Of a stretch of DNA of 64,000 nucleotides, positions 46,515 through 59,415 are shown one piece after another. Under the pieces are notes generated by a model. It was not told the DNA's origin. It saw only the letters and a program-made list of their open reading frames with translations, and searched no databases. Source of the DNA: Eledone cirrhosa (Eukaryota). Location: the NCBI GenBank assembly GCA_964016885.1, contig OZ024758.1, positions 2,666,001 through 2,730,000 on the forward strand, written 5' to 3'. The stretch's first letter is position 1, and each line of letters starts with the position of its first letter. A program made the position numbers and the translations under genes.

Positions 46515-46650
46515 TCATCATCATCATCATCATCTTGATGTGCTGGTTACACGGATCACCATGATTCTCCTTCTCCACCCGAATCTATCATCCTTTGCGC
46601 GTGACAGCTCCTCTGAACATAGCACAGTTCAATCATGATATACATGAAGA
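46515..46650 (-). mobile_element. RTE-like LINE 3' end with (GAT)n tail
   Basis: Minus translation SEELSRAKDDRFGWRRRIMVIRVTSTSR* followed by (GAT)n. Confidence 0.65.
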
Positions 46651-47379
46651 GCTGAACTACAAAAGAGCCCCCCAAAACATAAGCTATATAACAACTAAAA
46701 TAAGCAGGTATTTATTTTATCAATCAGGGAAAAAATTAAATACAAAGAGAATTTGGACGGTATTTGAACTCGGAAATGTAATGAGATATAATTAACTAAA
46801 TATCGTAGAGGCATTTTGTCGGGCGCCCCGTTGATTCAAAATCAGCCTTCTTTCATTTCTATAATCAATATTGACAATAGTAGCAACCGCAGCAGCTACA
46901 GCAGTCGCAGCAGTCGCAGCAACTGCAGCAGCAATAACAGAATAACAGGATATGGTACAAAAATAGCAGATTAAAATACAACAATAATATTCTAAAAGAA
47001 AATTACTGATATTCTTTCTCTGTTTACAAAACTATCAATCTTCATTACTAACCTAGCATTTGTAAAACTAAAAATGCTGATAAAGCACGGTAAACAGAGA
47101 GGATTGGTGAAGAACAAAAAACTAAATTTGATCGTTATAAGATAAATGGAATCTCTTGACGCCAGTTGAATTCTCATGGTGAACACAAGAGAAATGACTA
47201 TAAGCACATTAGATGGTACGCACGGTGATACACACGCACTACAAATTCAAATCAATCGTATTATAACTTAACTCGATCATATCTATATATCTTTTATATA
47301 TTCTATATTAAACATTTATTCATACATACATACATGCATAGAGAAACAGACCTATACATTTATACATTTACGTACACAA

Positions 47380-47501
47380 ACATATGTATATGTATATATA
47401 TATATATACACACATATATATATACACATATATATATACATATATATACATATATATATATACATATATATACATATATATATATACATATATACATATA
47501 C

Positions 47502-47532
<31 letters not shown>

Positions 47533-47853
47533 CATATATATATACATATATACATATATATATATACATACATATATACATATATACATATATATATATA
47601 CATACATATATACATATATATATATACATATATATATACATATATATATATACATATATATATACATATATATATATACATATATATACACATATATATA
47701 TACACATATACACATATACATATATATATACACATATATATATATACACATATATATACATATACACATATATATACACATATATATACATATATATATA
47801 CATATATATACACATATATATACATATATATATACATATATATATACATATAC

Positions 47854-47945
<92 letters not shown>

Positions 47946-47981
47946 ATATATACATATACATATATATATATATACATATAC

Positions 47982-48015
<34 letters not shown>

Positions 48016-48029
48016 ATATATACATATAC

Positions 48030-48084
<55 letters not shown>

Positions 48085-48879
48085 CATATATATATATATA
48101 TATATACACATATATACATATATATATATACACATATATACATATATATATATACACATATATACATATATATATATACACATATATACATACACATATA
48201 TACATATATATATATACACATATATACATATATATATATACACATATATACATATATATATACACATATATACATATATATATATACACATATATACATA
48301 TATATATATACACATATATACATATATATATATACACATATACACATATATACATATACATATATATACATATACATATACATATATATATACACATATA
48401 TACATATACATATATATACATATACATATACATACATATACATATATATATATACATATATATACATACATATATATACATATATATATACATATATATA
48501 TATACATATATATATATATACATATATATATACACATATATATATATATACATATATATATACATATATATATATATACATATATATATACATATATATA
48601 TACATATATATATACATATATATATACATATATATATACATATATATATACATATATATATACATATATATATACATATATATATACATATATATATACA
48701 TATATATACACATATATATATACATATATATATATACATATATATATACACATATATATATACATATATATATACATATATATATACATATATATACACA
48801 TATATATACATATACATATATATATACATATATATATACATATATATATACATATATATACACATATATATACATATAC

Positions 48880-48910
<31 letters not shown>

Positions 48911-49369
48911 CATATATATACACATATATATATACACATATATATATACATACATATATATATATATACATATATATACACATATATATATACACATATA
49001 TATATACATATATATATATATACATATATATATACATATATATACATATACATATATATATACATATATATACATATACATATATATATATATACATATA
49101 CATATATATATACATATACATATATATACACATATATACATATATATACACATATATACATATATATACACATATATATACATATATATACACATATATA
49201 TACACACATATATATACATATATATACACATATATATACATATATATACACATATATATACACACATATATATACATATATATACATACATATACACATA
49301 TTTATATACATACATATACACAGACACACACATATATACATATATATTCTTACACACATACACGCACAC

Positions 49370-49402
<33 letters not shown>

Positions 49403-49417
49403 TATATACATATATAT
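47380..49417. repeat. ~2-kb (TA)n tract with CA interruptions
   Basis: Direct reading. Confidence 0.97.
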
Positions 49418-49879
49418 GTTTTATTACTCACTGTTTAATTTGATGTGGCTAGCTATATCATGGCAAAATCCTGATGGAGCCCAGACAACATTCAAAGGTG
49501 GATGTGAATAGCTATATTTCGAAAAATTGATAACTTAATGTATTTAATATCTACGTACGTATCCATTTATTACACTATAATTACTTTATCTTTTCACTAA
49601 ATTATTTGGTGTTTATAGTTCTTATAACATGTTGTGGCTATAAAGGCTACGTAAGTGAATTCTATTATATTATGTCCCATCTTTCCTTCTTCCCATTTAT
49701 ATTGTTAGATACTAACTTGTATAGTTGCCATTCGTATGCACATATAATTTCTTATACGAGTAATTACTGAATAAAGTATGTTAATTTCTCTCTTTAGACG
49801 AGACGAAAGCATGGTTTTTGCTAACACAATGAGTTTGGTTTCAACTATTGATGTAAAAATCACATTTACTATGTTACAT

Positions 49880-50064
49880 TTAGTACATACTTGTAAGCAG
49901 TGCTCCAGCATGGCCTTAACAATAATCATAATACATACTTATAAGCAGTTCTCCAGCATGGCCTTAGCAATAATCTTAGTACATACCTGTAAGCAGTGAT
50001 ACTGCATCACCTTAACAATAATCTTAGTACATACTTATAAGCAGTGCTCCAGTATGGCCTTAAC
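49880..50064. repeat. 48-bp minisatellite, ~3.9 copies
   Basis: TTAGTACATACTTGTAAGCAGTGCTCCAGCATGGCCTTAACAATAATC repeated with few substitutions. Confidence 0.9.
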
Positions 50065-50419
50065 CATGACCACTAACAGAAAGCAAAGAATTGAAATAAT
50101 ATTTGAAGAAACTTGTAATCTGAGGATATATAACAATGGGTTTTTTTTTAGGTTTAAAGATAAACGAAAGGAAAACATATCAGATAATACAATGTGGAGT
50201 TTAGTTAACAAGACACGAATAATCTAGTCAGAAATTTGGTAAATATTTTAATAGAGAAAGAAAAGAAAATAGATTGAGAAGAAATGATAGAATGTAGAAT
50301 AAGAAAATATAAAAAATAAGTGAAAAGGAAGAGAAAAGCAATGTCTGTAGTGTCACAGAAATGTGGGGAGGGGAAAGAGTGTGTGTGAGGGGTTCTGGGC
50401 CTAGGGCACGGCGGTAATA

Positions 50420-50610
50420 GGGCTGCACCACGCGGACAAGACAGCAGAATCATTCCCGCGAACAATGGTCAGCGACACCCACTAGAACAGCCACCTCACC
50501 TCGCGGGGCTTCTTCCTCAGACGAGCCGCTTACGTTCCGAGCTTGCAAAGGAGTTTTTGGCAGTACGTGGTCCAAGTACGCCTGAGGTCTCAATGGCGAC
50601 GGTTGCGATA
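50420..50610 (-). mobile_element. CRE-like non-LTR retrotransposon 3' fragment (REL domain)
   Basis: Minus translation (with frameshift and stops) VAIETSGVLGPRT...LCKLGT*AARLRKKPREVRWLF*WVSLTIVRGNDSAVL. DNA similarity to 58268-58380. Confidence 0.7.
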
Positions 50611-51664
50611 AATTTATTTTAGACAAAATTGTCAAAATATTGTATTCATATTATACTGCATTCCAAACTCTCCATTGTATTACAATAGAATGACTTTTGA
50701 AAGATTTTCGTTTTACATTTTGTTATCTAAATCACAAATGTAAAGATTATCAGAATTACTATTATAAGGTTTGCTGCAGATTAAATATGTCGGGTAAAAA
50801 TATACCAAATCATTTTTGAATCGATTACAACAAATCAAGTTTTAAGTAGAAGCAAGAAAATTGGTGATAGGATTCAATTCTTCGTTTTGATTAACAGCTT
50901 ACAACTTTTGCCATTTATAATGGAAATTCATTCTTTGGATTGAAAACTAAATGGAAATGATATTTTTTCTGCATCAGAATTCAACAGAGCAAAATAATAA
51001 TAAAAAAAACGAAGAAAAAAAAAAGAAATTCACAAAACTACGAGAGCGGCATTCATGTGTAAATGGCAACTCTCACATGAACTCTCGTGAGATAATTGTT
51101 CAACATTTATCAAACATTATGTGACAAAGCTTCAATCCGCATAATTGACCGCTAATATACAACTATTGAAGATGGTGAGCAATTTTTGCAGTAAAATACA
51201 ATATGGAATATTCTGTAGAAATTATGTAAAATATTTTTTCACTTGAATAATTCAGTATTTTTTCCTTAAAAATCCAATAATCAATATTCCAAAATATGAA
51301 TTTTTGTGAAATATTTTAGGCGAGTTACCACTGCAGTTAGTTAAGATGTAGGTTTGGAGAATGTGGTAGAGAAGATGACTACCACCCCGTTGTTAAAAAA
51401 TATACAAAGTAAAGAAACCAAATCAAGAAAAATAATAAAAAAAGGCCATTAGTGTTACTCGAACGATTGAAAGAAATGTAGCTAGTGGTATTACATGTTG
51501 ATCTGTCAGAAGAAGTAAAAAGAAAATAATTTATAACTTCTTTTTCCCGAGTTATTATGTAGCAAATAAAACGAATATAAGAAGCATCATCATTTTTTTT
51601 CGAAATCACACAATAAATAATGTGATAGATAAAAACAATTTCTTACACCACACAGACATATACG

Positions 51665-51698
<34 letters not shown>

Positions 51699-51709
51699 CG
51701 TATATATAT

Positions 51710-51839
51710 ATTTGTAGGTAAGTATATATATATATATATATATATTTGTTGGTAAGTATATATATATATATATTTGTTGGTAAGTATATATATATATATA
51801 TTTGTTGGTAAGTATATATATATATATATTTGTTGGTAA

Positions 51840-51845
<6 letters not shown>
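51710..51845. repeat. composite repeat (TTTGTTGGTAAG + (TA)n) x5
   Basis: Direct reading. Confidence 0.9.
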
Positions 51846-51905
<60 letters not shown>

Positions 51906-51920
51906 ATACATACATATGCA

Positions 51921-51955
<35 letters not shown>

Positions 51956-51980
51956 GTGTATATATATAAATGAATTAAAT

Positions 51981-52265
51981 AAAAATGTCGTAGGCATTAC
52001 AATACAACAGGAGGAAATATAATGGTACCACTGATGATGTCACAGATATGTGACGAAAGAATTTTGATAGACTATGTATATATATATTTATATCTGTATT
52101 TTTAACTGTTGGTTAATCTATGATAAACATTGATTGCCAGATAAATTAACTATGGAGATATAAAAGATAGAGAAGCGAAACCCAATCCAAACCAAACAGT
52201 GAGTGTGTTCTATTATTATTTCTGGCAATATTACAACAATATGACCCTCCCCAAATATAACAATA
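51981..52265 (+). mobile_element. diverged single-arm copy of family 1 hammerhead element, TA-flanked
   Basis: CTGATGA-T-GTCACA(gata)TGTGAC-GAAA-GAAT (52031-52062). Terminal ATGACCCTCCCCAAATATAACAATAT matches 16556-16581. Stem I decayed. Confidence 0.65.
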
Positions 52266-52280
52266 TATATATATATATAT

Positions 52281-52432
52281 AGTAATAATTGTTTCTACTT
52301 TAGGCACAAGGTCAGCAATTATCCAGTGCATTACTGGTACTTTATTTTATCGACCCCGTAAGGATGAAAGGCAAAGTCAACCTCGGCGGGATTTGAACTC
52401 AGATCGTAAAGGGACGTAACTATGCTGGATAG
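52281..52432 (-). mobile_element. SINE family A, truncated
   Basis: Near-identical to 33454-33608. Confidence 0.85.
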
Positions 52433-53109
52433 TAATAATAATAGGGTGAAAGCAGCGATTCTTTGCTTAAACTTTAATCTGTTATTTTAATGTATAAATA
52501 TATATATATATATGTATATATATATATTTATCAAAATAACAGATTAAAGTTTAAGCAAAGAATCGCTGCTTTCACAATTAACGGGATCTTCTGAAATATA
52601 TATATATATGCTACCATAATACCGGTCGAAAATGACGGCTGTAAAGATAGAATATTTTATATAAAATGAAATGTGTGTGTTCCAACACAAATGAAAAATA
52701 ATAGTTGATCACAAATAATTGTTGAGAAAAATGGTGTTAGATATCCCTGGAGTACACATTGAAAACCCTCAATTTTAAAAACTTTAGTAAATTTAATATT
52801 TGCTTGATTCCAACATTCTATGTGAAGATGCTTCAATCCGTGCGTTATCTTTCACATTCATAATTCTGAATTTACATCCTCATCACTATTACATCCCATA
52901 TTATGAGGCGAGCATTTCAACTTATATATATATATAAGGAGTTGATGGACCCAGCATATCCATATATATATATATATATATATAAAGTGTTTGGTCTTCT
53001 CTAAGGGTATCTTATTGCATTTTTAAAGCTATGGTTCTGTGTTTGGATACAAGCGTTTTATATTTTAAATCAGCCAAACGCCTCGATAAAGCGTAAGATA
53101 CGTATATAC

Positions 53110-53150
<41 letters not shown>

Positions 53151-53214
53151 AATGAAGTAATTCCATCGGAAAAGTCCAGGAAAAAAGAGTGCTCTATGTA
53201 AGCAACAGAGCTTA

Positions 53215-53476
53215 ATTATTATTATTATGTAATAAACAACATAAGGCAATTATTCCATTTACCAGTGGTTTCTTAAAAGCAAAAGGTTTTGCTTTCAATC
53301 CTCAGAATGAAAAATCCTGGTTTGTTTATTGAATATGGATTCAATAAACAAACCATATTCAATAAACAAACCAGGATTTTTCATTCTGAGGATTGAAAGC
53401 AAAACCTTTTGCTTTTAAGAAACCACTGGTAAATGGAATAATTGCCTTATGTTGTTTATTACATAATAATAATAAT
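53215..53476. mobile_element. perfect fold-back element (124-bp arms, 14-nt spacer), family 4, next to (TA)n
   Basis: 53215-53338 is the reverse complement of 53353-53476. The spacer ATTCAATAAACAAA is a direct copy of the adjacent arm sequence. Confidence 0.78.
53379..53438 (+). ncRNA. type I hammerhead ribozyme motif, family 4 (mirror copy minus 53253-53312)
   Basis: TTTCATT-CTGAGGA-TTGAAAGCAAAA(cc)TTTTGCTTTTAA-GAAA-CC(act)GG-TA-AATGGAA. 7-bp stem I, ~11-12-bp stem II, GUA cleavage triplet. Confidence 0.82.
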
Positions 53477-53651
53477 ATATATATATATATATATTTCTGC
53501 ACAAACACGCACATACATCTATATGTATGTATGCATATATATGTATATATATCTATCTATATATATCTACATATATATATCTATATATGTCTATAGCCTG
53601 TATTATTGATAACGCACTATATCTCTCTCTCGGCTGTGTTACCTTTTCAAC

Positions 53652-53694
<43 letters not shown>

Positions 53695-54169
53695 TGAAGA
53701 TCTAACGCCTCGTCGATTTTATTATATATATATATATATTTATATACACACACACATGTATATACATAACATGTGGTATGGTGAAGTTTAAAGGTAAAGT
53801 ATTTTGAAATTATCCGAAAGATGTATTCGTCTGTTTAAGGTGATATTTCTATCTGAGTGAAGCAAACTCAGACTGATATGTTACTTAGAAGTCCAAAGTT
53901 CACCTTTTGAATGCTTCTTTGTTGATAACACTAGAAATACTGTTTCATCAAAATGTTTTAGTCTCTATAATCAGTGTTTATGAGAGAAAGGTTGGCATTG
54001 CCACAGGAAGAATTATCTAACGTATTTATTGTCTAAATACCTGCAGATTTCAAGCTTGGATGTCTAATCTGTGTAAAAATAAATCGTAAGCATTGGTGTT
54101 GCTGAGGAAGAAATTACTGTTTCTAAATAAGATCTAAATATATTCGTGAGTAAATAATAATGATATTAA

Positions 54170-54364
54170 AATAATTGATTCTACTTTTGGCACAATGCCA
54201 GAAATTATCCCTGTATATTACTGGTACTTTAATTTATCGACTCCGTAAGGATGAAAGCCAAAGTTAACCTCGGTGGGATTTGGATTTAGAATGGGAAGGG
54301 CCGTAACTCTATACTGGAAAGCATGGTGTCAAACCCTCTATCGATACTGCCAATCCACCGCCCT
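54170..54364 (-). mobile_element. SINE family A, full length
   Basis: Reverse complement of the 2551 unit. Confidence 0.8.
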
Positions 54365-54631
54365 AATAATATTATCAATATTCGGGTGGCGGATTGGCAG
54401 AGGTAGCTGAGAGAAAACAATCGACAATTGTTTCGGAGTTGTTGCTCCTTATCGAGACTGAGTATTCTTGTCGCTGCTACCCACTGGTAATCTAGAAAAC
54501 AGACATGTATTAGTAATAAAATATCATTAGTTTTCGTGTGTCTTCAGACTGGGTAATCTAGATTTACTTTTACATCTCACCTGATATCGTTGTTGGAAAA
54601 TGACTAATATCTGAACTGATTTTAGTTTTAA

Positions 54632-54730
54632 CCCTTTAGCATCTACGTATGCGTGGCCAATTACAACCGGTTTGAACTGAAAACAGTGAGAGAATCCTGG
54701 TCGGATATGGCCAGTTTAAATGCTAAAGAG
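54632..54730. mobile_element. piggyBac-type MITE (99 bp)
   Basis: TTAA|CCCTTTAGCAT ... ATGCTAAAGAG|TTAA. Internal sequence is the reverse complement of the 18865 and 59219 left ends. Confidence 0.75.
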
Positions 54731-54792
54731 TTAACGTACAGCGACTAGTTCTCCTCATTGTTATTTCGCCGATCCTTTTTTCTCTTTCTCCT

Positions 54793-55020
54793 CTTCATTT
54801 TCGAGGTCGATAAAAAAAGTACGCGTCTAGTACTGGCGTGGTTTCTTTCTCTATATCTCTTTCTCATTTCCTCTCTCTCATTTTCTGTCTTTCTCTGGAG
54901 GAAATCTGCCTTACTCAGGCTTGGAGAGGGATGAGCTCCGCCAGACTTTAAATGCCCAAGAAACACCGTATGTCAATACGGCACCCCTGGGACTATCAGA
55001 AATTATGGGACCATACGTAT
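54793..55020 (+). mobile_element. SINE family B, 5'-truncated
   Basis: Homologous to 27740-27968. Confidence 0.75.
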
Positions 55021-55743
55021 GCACACAATTTATACCTCTGGAAGGAATCCTTATATTGTTTGTCATATAAAATATCAAGAGGTTTCAGAAGAGGTTGAAC
55101 ATCAGTTAAAATATATATCAGTGTTTAGTTATATATTGTAAATTATTAGTCTTTAGTTTTACATTTCGACGAGATCAAAAGGTGAGTGAGCTAGACACTA
55201 AAATAGGTCGATTTATCGATATCAATACATTTTTATACAATAATTTCTTACATATGTAATATATTAAGTTGTGAATACTGTATAATCAACCTTTGTTCCT
55301 GTATTCCTTACTTGTAACATCAAGTTACATTATCATACATAGTTACTCTCTCTTTCTCTAACTATCTCTCTCTCCCTTCATCTCTCTTTCTGTCTATTTG
55401 ACCTTCTCTTTCTGTCTATCTGCCACTCTCTTTCCCTCTCTCACTCTTTTTGTATATTTGACTCTCTGTCTTGCCCTCTCTCCCTCGTTTTTATATAATA
55501 ATAACAGTTTCTAATTTTGGCCTAATGCCAGGAATTTAGTAGCGAGAGTTTAACTAATTAAAATTGAACCCAGTACTTGAGTGGTACTTATATTTTATCA
55601 ACCTCTAGGCTAGAATGAAAAGTGAAGTTGACCCTGGCAGGATTTGAATTCAAAATAACTGCATTGATGAATCAACTGCATTTTTCTTTAACCCTTTAGC
55701 ACCCACATTAATCCACACACAACTGCATCTTCACAGTAAACTA

Positions 55744-55900
55744 GTGTCTTCGGCCATTGTTCCATCTGTCTACTGTACCATCGGCACAGAGCTGGCTACC
55801 CCCAAGTGTGAGCCTCGCGAAATGGAATGGCACTTTCAACACGTTTCCCTTACCATCCTCCATGGAAATGCCTTCTCTATTCTGTCCAGCGGGGCCGCCA
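55744..55900 (+). mobile_element. CRE-like non-LTR retrotransposon 3' fragment
   Basis: IGTELATPKCEPREMEWHFQHVSLTILHGNAFSIL resembles the CRE-clade C-terminal 'G..LA....D/EPRE...LFQR.S..I.RGNA..IL' motif. Confidence 0.65.
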
Positions 55901-56479
55901 GCGCCGAAAACGAAGGCTTAGAGACGAAGACAGTGAGAGTTTGGTTCCTCAGTGTTCGGATCTGATGTACATGTGTGTGTGTATGTGTGTGTGACTAATT
56001 TATTTGACTACTTAGTTATAAATATAATCATAATTTTAATAATTAGAACATTGTAGATATTGTGAATAGTGAAATGTAGAGTTTATCCAGAACTTGCATA
56101 TGATCATTTATACAGAAGTTAAAATAACTTTACTAATTTTGAAATTATTTATAGTTAACGTTTTAATGTGACATGAATTTAGAACTATGACACTAACTTA
56201 ACAAGAGTCTCTGTTGCTTTCCAGCTCTAAGTTATCAAGGGAATACAGTCTATATAAGTTCGTCGACTGCAGGCAACCTAGCAGTATTCTAACCAACCAC
56301 AGATGATTTTCTTCTGATTCACTTCGGCAAATGTAGTTTTCAAACATGGTAGCCCCCAGCATATTTGTGTTTTGAGTCTGGCGGTATTTGTAACATGAGG
56401 TAAGAGAAAATTACCATTTTCTATTCCAATTTATGATAATCTGTGTTGTAAATTTAATAATGCTTCTGTATAGACACCT

Positions 56480-56755
56480 AAAACGTCGGATAGAATACTT
56501 TGAGGTATTCTATACTCTCGGAGTTCAAATTCCACCGAGGTTGATAAAAAAGTACCAGTCCAGTACTGGGGTCGATTCTTCCTCTATATCTCTTTCTCAT
56601 TTCCTCTGTCTCACTTTCTATCTTTCTCTGGAAGAAATCTGCTGTACTGAGGCCTGGAGAGAGATAGGCGCCACCTGGCTTAAAATGCCTGAGAAACGCC
56701 GTATGTTAATACGGTGCCCCTAAGATTCCATCAGGAGTTATGGGACCACACATAC
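56480..56755 (+). mobile_element. SINE family B with internal deletions
   Basis: Homologous to 27630-27968. Confidence 0.75.
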
Positions 56756-56956
56756 CGGAGGTATCTTATAAGAGATTTGGTCGGTAATTATCAAGAAACA
56801 AAACAAACACTTGATATATTTTAATAATTGTTGAACTTAAAGAAATATTAGAGGAGTTTATAGCATTTTCTGTGTTCCTTATTGATAATAATTCTAAGGA
56901 TTCTTATACCTCTGTCTAAATTGTTGATATATTTTTATCTTCTGGTGTGGAAGTGC

Positions 56957-57272
56957 GTTGACTTCAGCGGGATTTGACCTCAGAGAGAAGAGAGCCCGAA
57001 CGAATACCATAAAGCATTCTATCCGAGGTTCTAACGACTCTGCCAATTCGCCGCCTTACAAAGTCTAAAATCCTTCGTCAGAACAAAATCTACTGCAGCC
57101 CTTGTCAGATTAATACTATGTAGTACTAATATGACTCCCATTAAAACATTACGATACCTTTATCTACATACAAAGCAAGGTTGACCTCAGCGGGATTTGA
57201 ACTTAGAGAGCAGAAACGAATACAGCAAAGCATTTTATCTGATGTTCTAACGAATCTTTTAATACGCCTCCT
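56957..57272 (-). mobile_element. two SINE heads (56957-57057, 57175-57272)
   Basis: GGGATTTGA..T.AGAGAG...GAATAC...AAAGCATT.TATC.GA.GTTCTAACGA (reverse complement of the family B head). Confidence 0.65.
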
Positions 57273-58123
57273 CTTTAAATTTATACAACACATTTTAAAT
57301 AAGGAAATTTATATTATATGGAAATCTTCTGGTCCTGTTTGTAAATATATATCCCTTTCTCAATAGTTTGTATATTTATTCATATTAACCGTGACTCGTT
57401 CATTAAAGAAATTCGTTGATTTGATTTGGTCTAGATGTAGTTTTAGTAGAAACTAACAGTTAAAAATTGCTGGTAAGCGTAGGAAATTACGTCTGAGAAC
57501 ACACTACTGTCTCTTTAGAAGGTAGAAACTACAAACAGCCTATTTCTGAGTACTTAGAAATACTGTCCACCTAATCAAAATGAGTGAATATAATTTATGG
57601 TAAGTTACCGTCAAGTTGAATATGCAAACTGCTTTCAATAACAGTTGAATATGCAAACTGCTTTCAATGTCAGTGTATTAATGCATTTTATATAGCGACT
57701 TCTGTTCCACTTTCACAGGCAATGTTAGAAAGTATGGTAGTATATAGGTTAAACTGAATGGATTCAGTAAGATTGGCTCTTAGTCACTCACTCCTCCAAT
57801 AAATCTCCACTACACATAAACCAATATTGGCAAAGTATTTCAGTCAATATTATATATGGAACATCTAGGAATTTGCTCGTAAAGCTACCAAACTATAACT
57901 GATTCTTAACATAGACGAACACTATAGAGTAGAATGTAAACAGTTGAGGAGACTAGAACGCCATTCAATATTGATTTCAAGTTATAAAAACATGAATGTC
58001 TAAACAATCTCCTATCATTTCCTAGAATTGTAATACCTTTCTGCCAAATTAAAAACAAATTACACTAGGAAGCCACCGATATTCACAATTTATTTCTTTG
58101 ACAAAATAGACAGACAGATAACG

Positions 58124-58450
58124 TTGCAATTGGTGTTGTATAACCCCTGGTCAGTTGCGAGTGAACATATTTATGATGGAAAGTGTTCAGGTATCGTGAC
58201 TTGCCTTGCAGAGGAAAAGAAGATAAGCAAATACCGGGGATTGTCCAGCTGTTTTCTATTCCCATCGGTCGCCGTCGAGACCTCAGGCTTGCTTGAACCC
58301 TCCTACAGTCGAGTATTTCCTCAAGATCAGAACGTCGGTGGCCCGTCTGAGGAAAGAACCTCCGCGAGGTGGGGTGGCAAGAAGGTTCACCCACTCTCTG
58401 AAAACTATTTCTAATGGATAGCATTACTTGTCCTCTATGGGGGCCACCAT
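58124..58450 (+). mobile_element. CRE-like non-LTR retrotransposon 3' fragment (REL domain)
   Basis: AEEKKISKYRGLSSCFLFPSVAVETSGLLEP, then (frameshift) VARLRKEP.REVGW. Matches the AE..K..KY..L...F.P.AVET.G..G motif. Confidence 0.72.
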
Positions 58451-58581
58451 TCGGCGGATTATGATTGTTGTTTAAAACAAGAGTTTTGAATCTATGAAAA
58501 TACTTACCTAATTTGGAGTTGCCAAGTCAAAGGGTCTGTAATATTTTAAGCGACAAACTGGTATACATAGCAAATGTAGTG

Positions 58582-58866
58582 TGTGAACAGTACAGCTACA
58601 GGTGCTTATTAAGAGGGGGACTCCCAGACACACCTGTGTGAGAACAGTACAGCTACAGGTGCTTATCAAGAGGGGGGACTCCCAGACACACCTGTGTGAC
58701 AACAGTACAGCTACAAGTGCTTATTAAGAGGGGGGACTCCCAGACACACCTGTGTGACAACAGTACAGCTACAGGTGCTTATTAAGAGGGGGGACTCCCA
58801 GACACACCTGTGTGAGAACCGCACAGTTACAAGTGCTTATCAAGAGAGGGACCTGTAGACCACACC
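58582..58866. repeat. ~58-bp minisatellite, ~4.8 copies
   Basis: TGTGA(G/C)AACAGTACAGCTACAGGTGCTTAT(T/C)AAGAGGGGGACTCCCAGACACACCTG repeated. Confidence 0.92.
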
Positions 58867-59214
58867 GGTGCGTTGAACAAAATACTTTGTGGTATTTATT
58901 TTGCACTTGTTGCACAGACTATCAATGTTAATGCTTACCATCAGAAATGGAGCGCCCCAGTGTTTTGTCAGTTGGAAATCAACAACAAACGAGATGTCGT
59001 TTAGAAAATTCACGGCATTAAATAAATGAAATAAAACAATAACTAAAATCCTAACGAAGACTCATACGGTAGGAACAGCATTAATCATCCCGTCGTCTTG
59101 TCACTTCTACGATTAAACCCATTGAAACGCATACTATTAGTTGTTTCGTTAAACATAATTATATATGATAGTAAAGGTATATATTTACTGACTGACTAGT
59201 AATACTATCATCTG

Positions 59215-59415
59215 TTAACCAATTAGCATTTAAACCGGCCATATCCGGCCATAATTATCTCACCTCTTTCTGTTTAAACCGGCAATAACTGGCCGCTCAT
59301 GCTTATATTCAGTTATTGTTCTCAAAATGAGAAATATCAAAATCTCATAGAATCGATATTATGTGAGATAATTATGTAAGATAAAGCCTTAACTGTGAAA
59401 ATATAATAGTATATA
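59215..59415 (+). mobile_element. piggyBac-type MITE left portion
   Basis: Homologous over ~200 bp to 18861-19060. Confidence 0.6.

Noticed and set aside
58582-58866. CRISPR-like array (also 652-758, 49880-50064, 51710-51845)
   Set aside because: No unique spacers, no cas genes, eukaryotic context.
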